From an uncultured delta proteobacterium (GTDB lineage Bacteria > Desulfobacterota > Desulfomonilia > UBA1062), in NCBI GenBank assembly GCA_963752595.1, contig CAVVYZ010000005.1, forward strand, positions 64,001 through 128,000: DNA of 64,000 nt, given 5' to 3'. The notes beneath the pieces are model-generated. The model did no database searches, had not been told where the DNA came from, and saw only the letters and a list, made by a program, of their open reading frames with translations. The position numbers and the translations under genes are program-made. Positions within the stretch are counted from its first letter, which is position 1. The number at the start of each line of letters is the position of its first letter. Shown here one piece after another: positions 11,085 through 21,312 of the stretch.

Positions 11085-11639
11085 ATGGAGCTGTCTAACG
11101 AGGTGGAAAAGGCGCTTTCCCCATCAAAAACCGGAAAGACCATCTATGTCCTTACAGGGAATACGCTACGGGGAGATGACGGCGTCGGGCCTTACATTGC
11201 AGGCAGACTTGGGTCGGATGAATCACCCGGCAGGGAACTGCGAGATATCAAAAACAAAGGCAAGGAATATAGCGAGCTGCGAAGAATGAACCCGGCCGAG
11301 ATTCAAAAGTGCTCAGTCATTCTCGATGCAGGCGAACGGCCCGAGGTCTTCATCGACCGGATCATCCGGGAAAGACCGTCGAAGACGATCTTCATAGATG
11401 CCGCAGATTTTTATGGTGAAGCCGGCGAAGTACGTGTACTCCCTTCAAGCACCCTGGATGATTCCTCCATGAGCACCCACCGCTTTCCGCTCAGTGCCGT
11501 GGCGCGAATTATCCAAGAGGATACCAGGGCCGAAGTGATCATTGTCGGAATCCAGATCCGTACGGTTCATTTCGGCAGTCAGATGGATCGACGTATAGAA
11601 GCGAGTGCCGAGAAAATCATCGAATTGCTTCTGCCTTGA
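11085..11639 (+). CDS. Hydrogenase maturation endopeptidase (with ~30-aa insertion)
   Basis: GNTLRGDDGVG, FIDAA, STH motifs; directly follows the large subunit. Confidence 0.88.
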   Translation: MELSNEVEKALSPSKTGKTIYVLTGNTLRGDDGVGPYIAGRLGSDESPGRELRDIKNKGKEYSELRRMNPAEIQKCSVILDAGERPEVFIDRIIRERPSKTIFIDAADFYGEAGEVRVLPSSTLDDSSMSTHRFPLSAVARIIQEDTRAEVIIVGIQIRTVHFGSQMDRRIEASAEKIIELLLP

Positions 11640-12180
11640 TGTTTCTTAAGCCCTTCATATACATTCGGATTGTTAAAATTGACAAACAGATTGAATCATT
11701 TCTTAGGGAATGATCATCTCTGGCTATAAGAGATCATTAATTCGGGAGAAAGATGCGTATGGAGGAGATAAAATAGACAGAGAATCTTTTCCTGATCAAC
11801 GTCAACTATTATTTCCGGTCGGGAGTTTTAATTGTCGCTCATCATTTTCCGTTTACCGGAATTACTTGTGGTTCATTTATATTACATCTGCGATAGATGA
11901 TAGTTTTCAGGCCTTCCTGAAAAGCTACGATTATCAGATGATATCTATACTATCATGGCCTTATGTTTGGACTATAGATTATGTGGCACGATCTCTATCT
12001 ATCAGGCACCCTAATTTCTATTCGGATCAGTTGCCCCCGTTATCTCTATACATATTGTTAATTTTCGGACATTGGTTCAGATTGTACTGACATATTATTG
12101 CCGGTCAAGTCATCTTCAATAGGGTAATAAAGTATGGTAAACGATACAGCGATATCGAATTGTAAAGTACGAAAGCAGGC

Positions 12181-12774
12181 ATGGGGAAAAATATGAGTGG
12201 TAAAACAAAGGGTACCCGAGGGAGGGATAAGGCTACTTCACGTGATACGATTGAAGAATGCGCAATCGGGCTATTCCAATCCAAAGGGGTGGAGAAAACA
12301 TCAGTCAACGAGATCGTAAAAAAGGCAGGGATCGCCAAAGGTACTTTTTATCTGTATTTCAAGGACAAGGACGACCTTGTAGACACCGTCATCAGCCGAT
12401 ACACCAGAGAATTCCTCGACCAAGTAATCATCCCCTTCCTGAATGTACCGAAGATCATTATCCTCTCGGATGCTATCATCAATTATTTTTCTCAGAACAG
12501 AATGCTGCTCATCGAGCTTCGGAAGAACCTCCAGAGCGGCAAGCCGTACCCTTCGACACGCCGGACCATCCGGGGTTTTTCTGAGCTCATCCTCAATTAT
12601 TTAAATCAATACGAAGACTATAAGATCGACAACTGGGAACTCTATACCAAAGTCCTCCTGGGGCTCATTCTGGATGTCTGCTATAAGGCCCTGATCGAGG
12701 AGAACTTCTCTTCGATCCAAGAAGCGAAAAATATGCTGAGCGATCTCCTGAAGCGTTTCTTCAGCTGCGATTAA
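12181..12774 (+). CDS. TetR/AcrR family regulator
   Basis: KTSVNEIVKKAGIAKGTFYLYFKDK HTH. Confidence 0.92.
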   Translation: MGKNMSGKTKGTRGRDKATSRDTIEECAIGLFQSKGVEKTSVNEIVKKAGIAKGTFYLYFKDKDDLVDTVISRYTREFLDQVIIPFLNVPKIIILSDAIINYFSQNRMLLIELRKNLQSGKPYPSTRRTIRGFSELILNYLNQYEDYKIDNWELYTKVLLGLILDVCYKALIEENFSSIQEAKNMLSDLLKRFFSCD

Positions 12775-12790
12775 ATTTTGCCTTGCCTTT

Positions 12791-12888
12791 TATGACCAGC
12801 GGTCATATTATTGCTTGAACGACCCTGGATCACTTTCCAGAGAACAATGAAGGCGGGTTTTTACTGCATTTAAATTGACCGGAGGTCA
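12791..12888. promoter_or_regulatory. Two TGACC-N3-GGTCA palindromes (candidate TetR operators)
   Basis: TATGACCAGCGGTCATA at 12791-12807 and TGACCGGAGGTCA at 12876-12888, between the TetR gene and the next ORF. Confidence 0.6.
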
Positions 12889-12908
12889 TTAAAGAAAGGA
12901 GAGCCTCG

Positions 12909-14876
12909 ATGAAAGCAACGTGGGATATCCCGGAAGTGATGCTGGATAATCGAAACGATTTCCTGAACGATTTCTATCAGCGCTTTACCCTCCGCAAGGC
13001 GCGGCAGCCCCTGAAAATGACCGAAGAGTTGACCAAGGATTATCTGTTCCCCACATTCTACGGTGATGTGTCCTGCGCTATGGCAGTGTTCATGTGCTCC
13101 TATGATAAAGCTGCAGCCTTGGTGAGCGAGCAGCTGAGCCCTCAGATCGTTCCCGTGAGAATGCCCAGGGGGCGTGCCCTGGCAGCCTTCTCCTGCTACG
13201 AGTATAAAAAGGTCATGGGGGTACGGCCGTACAACGAGATTGCCATTGCTATCCCGATCATGGTCGATCCGGACTGCAATATCCCTGTCCTTCCCATGGT
13301 CACCAATTCCTTCAGCCGGTTCGGATACTATATTGCCGGGATGCCGGTTACCTCGAAAGAAAACACGATCCGGGGCAGGAAGATCTGGGGCCTGCCCAAG
13401 GTGACTCAGGATATCGATATCTATCACGAAGCAGGGAATTGCATAGTAAAGGCAATGGATGAGAGCGGAGATGTGTACCTGTCGCTGCGCATCCCCATGC
13501 AGGGCACGCCTACCGAGTTCGATGTCACTTCCTACCTGTATACGCAGCTTGGGGGAAAGTTGCTCCAGAACCGGACAGACTTCAAAGCTTCTTTCAATGT
13601 AAAGAAAAACATGCAGCTTCTCTTGAAAAAGAACGAGAGGCCGGACCATCCTTACATCGAGCTGGGCAGCACCTCCTTTGCCCCGCTGCTCAAAAGGCTC
13701 GAGATAGAAGAAACTCCCTTCCAGACACGCTATGCCGAGCATATGTCATCCTGCTTCGACCTACCCAACGAGCAGGCGCCCAGCTGGGCTCAGACCATTC
13801 ATGTAAGCGGCTATACACTGGATGATGAAGCCGGCATGAAGCTTGAATCCAAAGATATGAAGATCGCTTTTTTCGGGGCCGGTTCCATCGGCGCTTCTGT
13901 AGGCGGCTGGGTCGCTCCCTTCCACGAAGAGACCTACTTCATCGATCAGGGGAAAATTCTCGATGCACTGAAATCGAGCGGTATAACGCTCTATCAGGGG
14001 GATAAGAAAAAAGAGACGACAGCGCATGTTCCGGTCAAGATAATTGAAGACATCTCGGATCTGAAGTCCATGGATGTAGTCGTTGTCGGTGTGAAGAACT
14101 TCAGCCTCGAATCGGTTGCCGGGCTGATCAAAGCCAATTCGAAAGAAGATGTGATCATCGTATCCATGGCCAACGGGATAGATAATCAGTCGATCCTGCC
14201 CAAGTACTTTTCTAAGGTGATCTACTGCATCGTCAGCTACAATGCATGGATGGACCATCCGGTAACCGTGGGATACCAGAAGCGGGGGCCGCTCGTCCTG
14301 GGAACGCCCGACAACAGCCTGCTGACCGAAATGAACACCATTGCCGAGATCTTCAGCCAAGGCGTGGAGACCGTGGTTACCGATCATTTCCAGGATGCAG
14401 TACACTCGAAGATCGTGGTGAACCTTACCAACCCCGTGACAACTCTGGTGGGCCATGGGTTCAGGGAAATCTCGGATTTCGATACCTTTCAGAAAATCCT
14501 CAGCAATACGCTGTACGAAGGAGTACGGATCGTTCATGCTGCCGGGTTCAAGGAGTGCAAGCTTGGCGGCATGCCTCCGTGGTTCCTCCTGAAGGCGTCC
14601 GCCCTTCTCCCGAGGTCTCTCACCAGGCCATTGTTCAGAAAGAATGTGGCAAAGATGGTCATGTCCAGCATGAGCCAGGATATCATTCAGCGCGGGGGAA
14701 CTGACTCCGAGCTCGATTCACTGACCGGGTATATCCTTAAGCTTGCCGGGCAGAACAGAATAAAAGCGCCGTATAACGAAACCATCTACGAGCTCGGGAA
14801 AGAGCTCTTCAGCAAGCCGGGCTTTTCCCCTATGGATGTGCGGGATGTATGGGCAAAGATACAGCAGAAGCTGTGA
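12909..14876 (+). CDS. Fusion: acetoacetate-decarboxylase-like domain + ketopantoate-reductase (ApbA/PanE)-like domain
   Basis: N-half PYNEIAIAIP..GRKIWGLPK (ADC fold); C-half GAGSIG, GVK, MANG, KIVVN, SSMSQDI..SELDSLTG (PanE motifs). Confidence 0.8.
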   Translation: MKATWDIPEVMLDNRNDFLNDFYQRFTLRKARQPLKMTEELTKDYLFPTFYGDVSCAMAVFMCSYDKAAALVSEQLSPQIVPVRMPRGRALAAFSCYEYKKVMGVRPYNEIAIAIPIMVDPDCNIPVLPMVTNSFSRFGYYIAGMPVTSKENTIRGRKIWGLPKVTQDIDIYHEAGNCIVKAMDESGDVYLSLRIPMQGTPTEFDVTSYLYTQLGGKLLQNRTDFKASFNVKKNMQLLLKKNERPDHPYIELGSTSFAPLLKRLEIEETPFQTRYAEHMSSCFDLPNEQAPSWAQTIHVSGYTLDDEAGMKLESKDMKIAFFGAGSIGASVGGWVAPFHEETYFIDQGKILDALKSSGITLYQGDKKKETTAHVPVKIIEDISDLKSMDVVVVGVKNFSLESVAGLIKANSKEDVIIVSMANGIDNQSILPKYFSKVIYCIVSYNAWMDHPVTVGYQKRGPLVLGTPDNSLLTEMNTIAEIFSQGVETVVTDHFQDAVHSKIVVNLTNPVTTLVGHGFREISDFDTFQKILSNTLYEGVRIVHAAGFKECKLGGMPPWFLLKASALLPRSLTRPLFRKNVAKMVMSSMSQDIIQRGGTDSELDSLTGYILKLAGQNRIKAPYNETIYELGKELFSKPGFSPMDVRDVWAKIQQKL

Positions 14877-15093
14877 TCAATATGGGCTGAAAAAAGGATC
14901 CAGGTGCTGCCGCGTTGAAAGCGAATATCTTAAAAAGATCGTCAGCACGTGCACGTTGCGTACATAGGTCGGGTGACAGAAGTATCTCATACCTTGCTTC
15001 ATGGAAGCCTCATGGCTTTGAAGAAGGTGAGCTCTGTCCCCCATTGTGACCCTGAGCCTTCAGGCCCCAAGTCCTGACAAAAAAGGCTCCTCC

Positions 15094-15870
15094 TCAATCG
15101 TCCATGAGGTTTCTCGGCCCGTAGAGGATGGCCTCCATCAGTGGCATGTACTGGAAGAAGAGCGGCTTTTCGCTCAGTTCCAAATCTTTAAGCTGCAGGG
15201 CGATGCTGTGTTTGTCGCCGAGGCTGAGCTGCGCTGCGCTTCCGCTCATGCTTTTGCCGAACTCGAGGGGATTCATGTAAATGTTCGCTGCCAGCGGAAC
15301 GCCGTCTTTCACTGAATAGGTCTTGAACCTGTTCACCTTCTCCTGGGATGTTTTCAGCTTTTTGCCTTTGAGCGTGAGGATCTTTTCCCCGCCTTCGGAA
15401 AGCGTGCAGGCCGGCATGGAGCCTTCATGGGAGAAAGCGATGTCTGCGAGGAACTTGGGATATCCGTACATCTCGACACCGCCTTTGCGTGCCCGTTCGG
15501 TGGTTACGGGAAGCTGCCAGACATATGCCGAAAAGTATCTCCGCGCCATCATACTCAACACGGTGAGACCCGGTATGGCTTTTTTGCGGAAAGTTATGGG
15601 GAAAGAGATGGAAAATTCGTTATAGGGGTCGATGTCTGTCCTGCGGTACTCGAAGGCCGTAAACGCGACCAGCGCCCTGCCTTTCCAGACCTCAACCGGG
15701 TGCATGTCAGGCAGGGGAAGATGTCTCCGGACTTTCTCGACAGGGGCGGTGAAGATAGCCGTCATGGCCGTGTTGTCATAGTAGAATACGGGGAGCTTGC
15801 CCTCGAGAGACAGATCCTTTGTCATCATATCCCACTGAACAACGCCTTTGAAAAAATCTCCTTTTTTCAT
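15094..15870 (-). CDS. Acetoacetate decarboxylase-like family protein
   Basis: FEYRRTDIDPYNEFSI, LPVTTERARKGGVEMYGYPKF; ATG at 15870 with GAGGAGG RBS. Confidence 0.85.
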   Translation of the reverse strand: MKKGDFFKGVVQWDMMTKDLSLEGKLPVFYYDNTAMTAIFTAPVEKVRRHLPLPDMHPVEVWKGRALVAFTAFEYRRTDIDPYNEFSISFPITFRKKAIPGLTVLSMMARRYFSAYVWQLPVTTERARKGGVEMYGYPKFLADIAFSHEGSMPACTLSEGGEKILTLKGKKLKTSQEKVNRFKTYSVKDGVPLAANIYMNPLEFGKSMSGSAAQLSLGDKHSIALQLKDLELSEKPLFFQYMPLMEAILYGPRNLMDD

Positions 15871-15951
15871 ACATCCTCCTCGATTATTTTCATGGATACT
15901 GTTCTTTTTTGAGCTTCCCGCTACAGGCATGGCCTGCTCAGGTTTTTCCTC

Positions 15952-16794
15952 TCAATCCTTCTTCTCTGCGTAAGTCCTCGCAACATACCTGCTGAACAGG
16001 CCGCTTAAGCTGACTGCGGTTACGGGGAAGAACCTCGTGAGCAGGTCAAGGACCTTTGCATCGGTGCCTATCAGGATGCGCCTCCTGTTCCGCTTGATCC
16101 CTGCAATGATGATCTTTGCAGCATCATCCGCGGTTGTCCTGAAAAGCTCGTCCTCGTAGAGCCTCTGGGCCTTCTCCTTGGACAGCGAGTACATTGCCCG
16201 GTTCACGCGGGCGTTCTTTGCGATGTTGGTCTTGATCCCTCCTGGATGCACGCAACTCACCCGGATATTCGTACCGTGCATCTCCTGGGCAAGGGTTTCC
16301 GTGTATCCCTTGACCGCAAACTTTGCAGAGCAGTAGGGGCCGTTATTGGGATTGGGCATGATCCCGTTGATGCTGGAGACGTTGACGATGTGGCCTTCCG
16401 GCTGCTTCTTCAAGTAGGGAAGGAATGCCATGGTGCCGTGCACGACGCCCCAGAAGTCGATGCCCATGAGCCACTCGAAGTCTTCCAGCGGAACGGTTTC
16501 CAGGAAATCGCCCAGGGCGACTCCTGCATTGTTTATGACCATATCTATGCCGCCGTGGTTCCGGGCAGCCTCTTCGGCAAAGCCGAATACCTGGTCTCGC
16601 TTCGACACATCCACGATATGGGTCGAAACATTCACCCCTGCGCCGACGAGCGCGGTTGTCTCCTGCAGCCCTGCCCCGTCGATATCCGCAAGGGCAAGGT
16701 TGCATCCTTCGTCTGCAAGATTGACGGCAAGCATCCTGCCGATACCCGAAGCAGCACCTGTGACCGCCGCAGTCTTATTTTTCAAAATCTTCAT
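15952..16794 (-). CDS. SDR family oxidoreductase
   Basis: TGAASGIG, INNAG, YCSAK (YxxxK), VHPGGIKT. Confidence 0.93.
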   Translation of the reverse strand: MKILKNKTAAVTGAASGIGRMLAVNLADEGCNLALADIDGAGLQETTALVGAGVNVSTHIVDVSKRDQVFGFAEEAARNHGGIDMVINNAGVALGDFLETVPLEDFEWLMGIDFWGVVHGTMAFLPYLKKQPEGHIVNVSSINGIMPNPNNGPYCSAKFAVKGYTETLAQEMHGTNIRVSCVHPGGIKTNIAKNARVNRAMYSLSKEKAQRLYEDELFRTTADDAAKIIIAGIKRNRRRILIGTDAKVLDLLTRFFPVTAVSLSGLFSRYVARTYAEKKD

Positions 16795-16818
16795 GATCGT
16801 CTTTTCCTCCGGTGTGTA

Positions 16819-17958
16819 CTACCTGCCGCTTCCGGCAAGGCCTGCAAGATCCCGTATCAAGTCGAGCTTCTTCATGGGTGAGCTGCCGAGCAGTGCCTGC
16901 ACCTGCCGGGCATCACGGAAGCGCTTCTCCTGTCCGTAGTCCTTCATATAGCCATTGCCTCCCAGAACCTGCACACCGTCGGTGACTGCCTCGCAGGCCA
17001 GCTCATGAACATGGAGACCGGCCGCGATACAGTGAGAGCCCCATGCTTTCCCTTCCTGCTCAAGGGCCAGGCAGGCCTGGGCAACGCACATCTCAGCCAC
17101 GTCGGCCTTGATTGCCATGCCGGCAAGCAGCATGCTCACCTCGCTCCACTGAATGATCTCGCGTCCGCCCTGGGAGCGCTCTTTCGAGTATGCCAGCGCT
17201 TCGCCCAGCGAGCCCTTCATGATGGCTGAGTTCATGGCTGCCGCAGCCACGTGCATCTTCATGGAGGCCTGCTTGAAATAGTCCCTGCCTTTGCCCTTTT
17301 CCCCGATGAGCTGTGTCTCAACTCCCTGGAGGGTGACATCTATGGCAGGGCATGCGTGCATCCCAAGGCTGAAGATGGGATCGCTCTTCGAAAGTCCTTT
17401 GTCCGAGAGATCGACCAGAAAAAATGAATAGGAGCCTCCCGTGCCGGTGCGGGCCGGGATAATCGCCTTCTGCGCCAGGCCTCCCAGCACGAGGAATTCG
17501 AGCTTGCCGGTCAACGCATAGCCTTTGCCCGACTTGGTAGCGCTGGGGATTTTATCCGTGTGGGAGGGGTCGGTGTAGGACGGGAACGCGACCAGGAATT
17601 CCCGTGCGGTTGACGCCTTGGGAAAGATGTCTCCTGCGAGCCCGTCTGCCTTTGCCGCAAGCAGGATCTCCTGAGCCAGGGCATTGGTGAATACTATCCC
17701 GCCCAGAGAGCTGTCGGCCCGACAGATGTTGTCGAGGATGACGCACAGTGTGCTTATGCTCCCGCCGATGCCGCCGAGCCCCTCGGGAAGCATGACTCCA
17801 AGGAACCCCACTTCGTAGGCCTTGTTCAGGACGTCTTCGAAGAAATCACCAAAGGGGTAGCGGTCGTTTTCCTCGGTCTTTTTTGCGAGCTCTCTGGCCG
17901 CAAAGGACTGCGCCAGCTCTTCAAAGGGTTTCAGATCGCTTTTGAATGAGGTCAGCAT
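16819..17958 (-). CDS. Acyl-CoA dehydrogenase-like subunit lacking catalytic motifs
   Basis: ACAD fold (YSKERSQGGREI, VQVLGGNGYM) but no TEPxxGSD or YEG motif. Confidence 0.8.
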   Translation of the reverse strand: MLTSFKSDLKPFEELAQSFAARELAKKTEENDRYPFGDFFEDVLNKAYEVGFLGVMLPEGLGGIGGSISTLCVILDNICRADSSLGGIVFTNALAQEILLAAKADGLAGDIFPKASTAREFLVAFPSYTDPSHTDKIPSATKSGKGYALTGKLEFLVLGGLAQKAIIPARTGTGGSYSFFLVDLSDKGLSKSDPIFSLGMHACPAIDVTLQGVETQLIGEKGKGRDYFKQASMKMHVAAAAMNSAIMKGSLGEALAYSKERSQGGREIIQWSEVSMLLAGMAIKADVAEMCVAQACLALEQEGKAWGSHCIAAGLHVHELACEAVTDGVQVLGGNGYMKDYGQEKRFRDARQVQALLGSSPMKKLDLIRDLAGLAGSGR

Positions 17959-17976
17959 TGGTTCCTCCTTGTATGA

Positions 17977-19482
17977 TTAGTCTTCAAAGACGTTTGCCTG
18001 CGGCACCTGGGGTGCGATAAGGCACTTGAAAGTATTGAGCCGGTTGAGCTGGTTGGTGCCCTCGTAGATCTGCAGAAGCTTGATGTCGCGGAGCATCTTC
18101 TCTACCCCGGCATCCTGACGCAACCCCGTAGAGCCCATGAGTTCGATGGCCATCTGGCAGTTGTGTACGCCGATGTCCGTGCCGGCGAATTTCGCCAGAG
18201 AAGCCCAGCCCGAGCAGCACAGCTGGTCCTGAGGCTTTGCCCAGTCATAGTAGAGCTTCCGCATGAACTTTCCGGAAGATTCCGTATCAAGGGTCGGCGC
18301 GACCACTTTATCGAAGTAGGCCTGGGGCATGAGACGGAAGTAATAGTAGAGGGGCTTGAGCTGGAGGAGCCTGTACATGCCGCGAAGGCTGTTGGCGTAG
18401 TTCGCTTCCACATAGGCGAGCCTTCCCAGTGCGACGTTCTTGTACATCTCGGCAAGCAGGCATTGCACCCACTCGCTTTTTACGAGGAGCTTACCGTTTA
18501 CCGTAGTCGTCGATGCATAGTTCAGAGCTGCCTCAAAGGCTCCCCGTGCGACGCCGACCCCGAAGGCGCATACGCCGGGACGCGTTGCCGAAACCACGTA
18601 GTCGATGTAGCGCTGGGAGAGGTCCTTCATGGGCTTTTTCGAGATCTTCTTCATCAGATCCGCACTGAAGAGCACCTGGTCGTCCGGGATGAAGCAGTCT
18701 TCGAAGATGAGCACGCTGGCAGGGCATACCCGCTGGCCCATCTTGTTTTCATGGGTACCGAAGGAAAAGCCCTTGGTGCCTGTCTTTACCATCATGCCCA
18801 CGCCCGACACAGAAGGCTTCTTGAGGTCGGAATATGCAAGGAGTACGGTCCAGGTCGACACGTGCCCCATGGAGATGAATACCTTGGTGCCGTTGACGAT
18901 ATAGCCGCCATTGACCTTCTTTGCATGGCAGCTGACCTTGCCCTTGTCTACGAGATCCACCTCTTCCACATCGGTTCCCGCACCGGGCTCGGTGGTGGCA
19001 AGGGCAATGAGACAGGGCTTGCCGGTCTTCTCACCTTCCACGACCTCGCTGATGACCTTTTTTGCCAGGGCCGGGTTGGCCGAAGCGATCAGCCCTGCCA
19101 CGCCGAGGTAGTGGACGCCGATGACGTTCATGATCCCGACACAGACAGAACTGACTTCTTCGGCAAAATAAGACATGGAAGGCATGCTGCTCCCCTTGCC
19201 TCCGAACATCCTGGGTATCCACTTGGTGTAGAAGCCCCATTTATTGGCGATGTCGACGAGCTCCAGGGGCATGTAATCAGGGTCTTCGTGGGTCTTCCGG
19301 TCGAGTTCGAGGGCCCTGGGCCTTGCCACTTCTTCATTGAACTTGCGGGCAAGGGCAATGACCTCCTGTATCTCCTTGATCATGTGCTTCGGCATGCGCG
19401 GGGCATACGGCAGGCTCAAATGGATGTCCTCGAACTTCGGAAAACGGGACAGTCTGGCCGATACTTCAGATCTGGACAGCAT
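17977..19482 (-). CDS. Acyl-CoA dehydrogenase (with internal insertion)
   Basis: TTEPGAGTD, NGTKVFIS, ENKMGQR, QIYEGTNQ; start chosen from the AGGAGG RBS. Confidence 0.9.
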   Translation of the reverse strand: MLSRSEVSARLSRFPKFEDIHLSLPYAPRMPKHMIKEIQEVIALARKFNEEVARPRALELDRKTHEDPDYMPLELVDIANKWGFYTKWIPRMFGGKGSSMPSMSYFAEEVSSVCVGIMNVIGVHYLGVAGLIASANPALAKKVISEVVEGEKTGKPCLIALATTEPGAGTDVEEVDLVDKGKVSCHAKKVNGGYIVNGTKVFISMGHVSTWTVLLAYSDLKKPSVSGVGMMVKTGTKGFSFGTHENKMGQRVCPASVLIFEDCFIPDDQVLFSADLMKKISKKPMKDLSQRYIDYVVSATRPGVCAFGVGVARGAFEAALNYASTTTVNGKLLVKSEWVQCLLAEMYKNVALGRLAYVEANYANSLRGMYRLLQLKPLYYYFRLMPQAYFDKVVAPTLDTESSGKFMRKLYYDWAKPQDQLCCSGWASLAKFAGTDIGVHNCQMAIELMGSTGLRQDAGVEKMLRDIKLLQIYEGTNQLNRLNTFKCLIAPQVPQANVFED

Positions 19483-19577
19483 ATTACCCTCCTCTTTGTC
19501 GGTCATTTCCTAAAAACGGCGGTGAGGCCGGTTGTAAACAAATATTTCAATATTTTAAGGCGTTGTCTTCATCCCCG

Positions 19578-20252
19578 TCATCTCCCGCCATCCGGGAGCA
19601 TGGGAACGATCATGTCGCCGATTTCGGCCCTGCCCATATCCGTCAGATACATGGAGACCATGGAATGTGTAAGGGCCATGAGATTGTCGATGGCTTCGTC
19701 CCGGGTAAACCGGCGGTCCACCAGATAGCTTAAGGCCACATGCAGGCACATGCCTATGATAATGTGCCCCAAGAGCGCGCCGTTTACGTCTTTCAGGAAG
19801 CCCAATTCTTCCCACTTGCGGAAATCTTCTTCGATATCGGATGCGAAGCCCTGAAAAAATTTCCAGAGGACGATATCCTGCTCTTCATCCACACCGAAGC
19901 CGCCGCGCAGGATCAGGAGGACCTGATCCGGGTTCGCCTCCACATAGTCGAAGAAAGCGGCATACGCCGGTCTCCACTGCTGAATGCGTTCGCGGGCGTC
20001 GCCGGGCTTCCTGGTCCGGCTCAGATCTTTGAGCTTTGCCCTTAAGCTTTCGAGCGTCTCGCGGGTGATCTGCTCGAACAGGTCCCGCTTATCCTTGAAA
20101 TGAGTGTAGATGCTTCCCGTGGATATGCCTGCAGCCTTGACGATATCCGCAATCCGGGCCTTGTGATACCCCTTTTCGCTGAATACCTTGATGGCAGCCT
20201 GGAATATCATCTCCCGTGTCTCGGCCTTGCGCGCCTCCAATGGATTCGACAT
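19578..20252 (-). CDS. TetR/AcrR family regulator
   Basis: ARIADIVKAAGISTGSIYTHFKDK HTH. Confidence 0.92.
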   Translation of the reverse strand: MSNPLEARKAETREMIFQAAIKVFSEKGYHKARIADIVKAAGISTGSIYTHFKDKRDLFEQITRETLESLRAKLKDLSRTRKPGDARERIQQWRPAYAAFFDYVEANPDQVLLILRGGFGVDEEQDIVLWKFFQGFASDIEEDFRKWEELGFLKDVNGALLGHIIIGMCLHVALSYLVDRRFTRDEAIDNLMALTHSMVSMYLTDMGRAEIGDMIVPMLPDGGR

Positions 20253-20402
20253 CGCTTCTTTCCTTGAGAATATTATATAGCATAATAAAAGTGAATCAAA
20301 ATTTCTAAGCTATAAATAATTACACATGTTATCTTTCCAGTCAATATAATATATTGAAAGAAACTTATCTCGATACTTGAGAAGAGGGAATCTCATAAAA
20401 AA

Positions 20403-20432
20403 AGGGAATGGGATACAAAATCCCATTCCCTC
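20403..20432. terminator. Hairpin downstream of FN3 gene
   Basis: AGGGAATGGGAT-loop-ATCCCATTCCCT with an A-run on the + strand (T-run on -). Confidence 0.55.
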
Positions 20433-20456
20433 ACCTTTTGATTGCACAATAGGAGG

Positions 20457-21056
20457 TTATCTTTTTTTGAAGTAGTACCGGCTGCTTTTATACACCTGGC
20501 CGCTTGACGTAGTGCCTTCCACGTACCAGTATACCGTGTTGCCGGAAGAAACATCATATCTCCACCAGGATGACGGGAAAACGCACGAAGTGCCGGTTCC
20601 GTTGTAGATATTGTAATAGTTCCTGGCATCCTTTGAGACAAAGACCTTGTACCTCGCCATGCCGGTGCCTTTCCAGGTGAACGTGGGTGCAGTGCTCAGA
20701 ACCGCGCCGTTTTGCGGGGTGAGCGGCGAGAGAGTGGGTGTTGTGGTCGGCGCAGGAACATACACGCTCGTCTCGCTGGAGTATCCCGATTCATTGCCCG
20801 ATGTGTCATATGCAGTTAAAGCCAGATAGTAGGTTTTCCCGGTTCCCACGTTGGCGAACTGATAACTCGTGACCTTCCCAACATCTACTGCCGTGCTGTA
20901 CACGCCCGACTGGGTCCCGGTATAGATGATATACCCTGCGAGGTCGCTCTCGGTGTTCGCACTCCAGTTGACGAGAATCGATGCAGCACATCCCAGGGCC
21001 GGATAAAAAAATAATAATGAAAATATGACAAGGACTATATTCCAAGAATGCTTCAT
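20457..21056 (-). CDS. Secreted fibronectin type III domain protein
   Basis: Signal peptide; W..NTESDLAGY.IY.G..SG.Y....DVG...TYY.A.TAYD.SGNES.YS FN3 pattern. Confidence 0.85.
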   Translation of the reverse strand: MKHSWNIVLVIFSLLFFYPALGCAASILVNWSANTESDLAGYIIYTGTQSGVYSTAVDVGKVTSYQFANVGTGKTYYLALTAYDTSGNESGYSSETSVYVPAPTTTPTLSPLTPQNGAVLSTAPTFTWKGTGMARYKVFVSKDARNYYNIYNGTGTSCVFPSSWWRYDVSSGNTVYWYVEGTTSSGQVYKSSRYYFKKR

Positions 21057-21097
21057 AGGTTGCCTCCAGTAGTTTTATTGACTGTGGAAAGACTCAA

Positions 21098-21113
21098 GGC
21101 AATTGGTGAGCCA
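21098..21113 (-). promoter_or_regulatory. Candidate sigma54 -24/-12 promoter
   Basis: Minus strand TGGCTC-ACCAA-TTGCC, ~40 bp upstream of the FN3 gene. Confidence 0.5.
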
Positions 21114-21312
21114 AGTTGGAAACGGTAATGATACTGCAAAAATAGAGGATTGATCAGCTGAGAAGAACGACAGTTTCGTCGAAAATCGTACAATTTTTGT
21201 AATTTGACTTTGTTGAATATGCGGGACGGGGCCTTATGTTCTATATAGACCCGGTTTCGCTCATAACGGGCATCTCCAGCCGGCATGCCCTTAAAATATC
21301 CAAGGAGGCTTT

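Noticed and set aside
11710-12090. 126-aa ORF in an AT-rich intergenic stretch
   Set aside because: No recognisable motif or convincing RBS; may be spurious or decayed.
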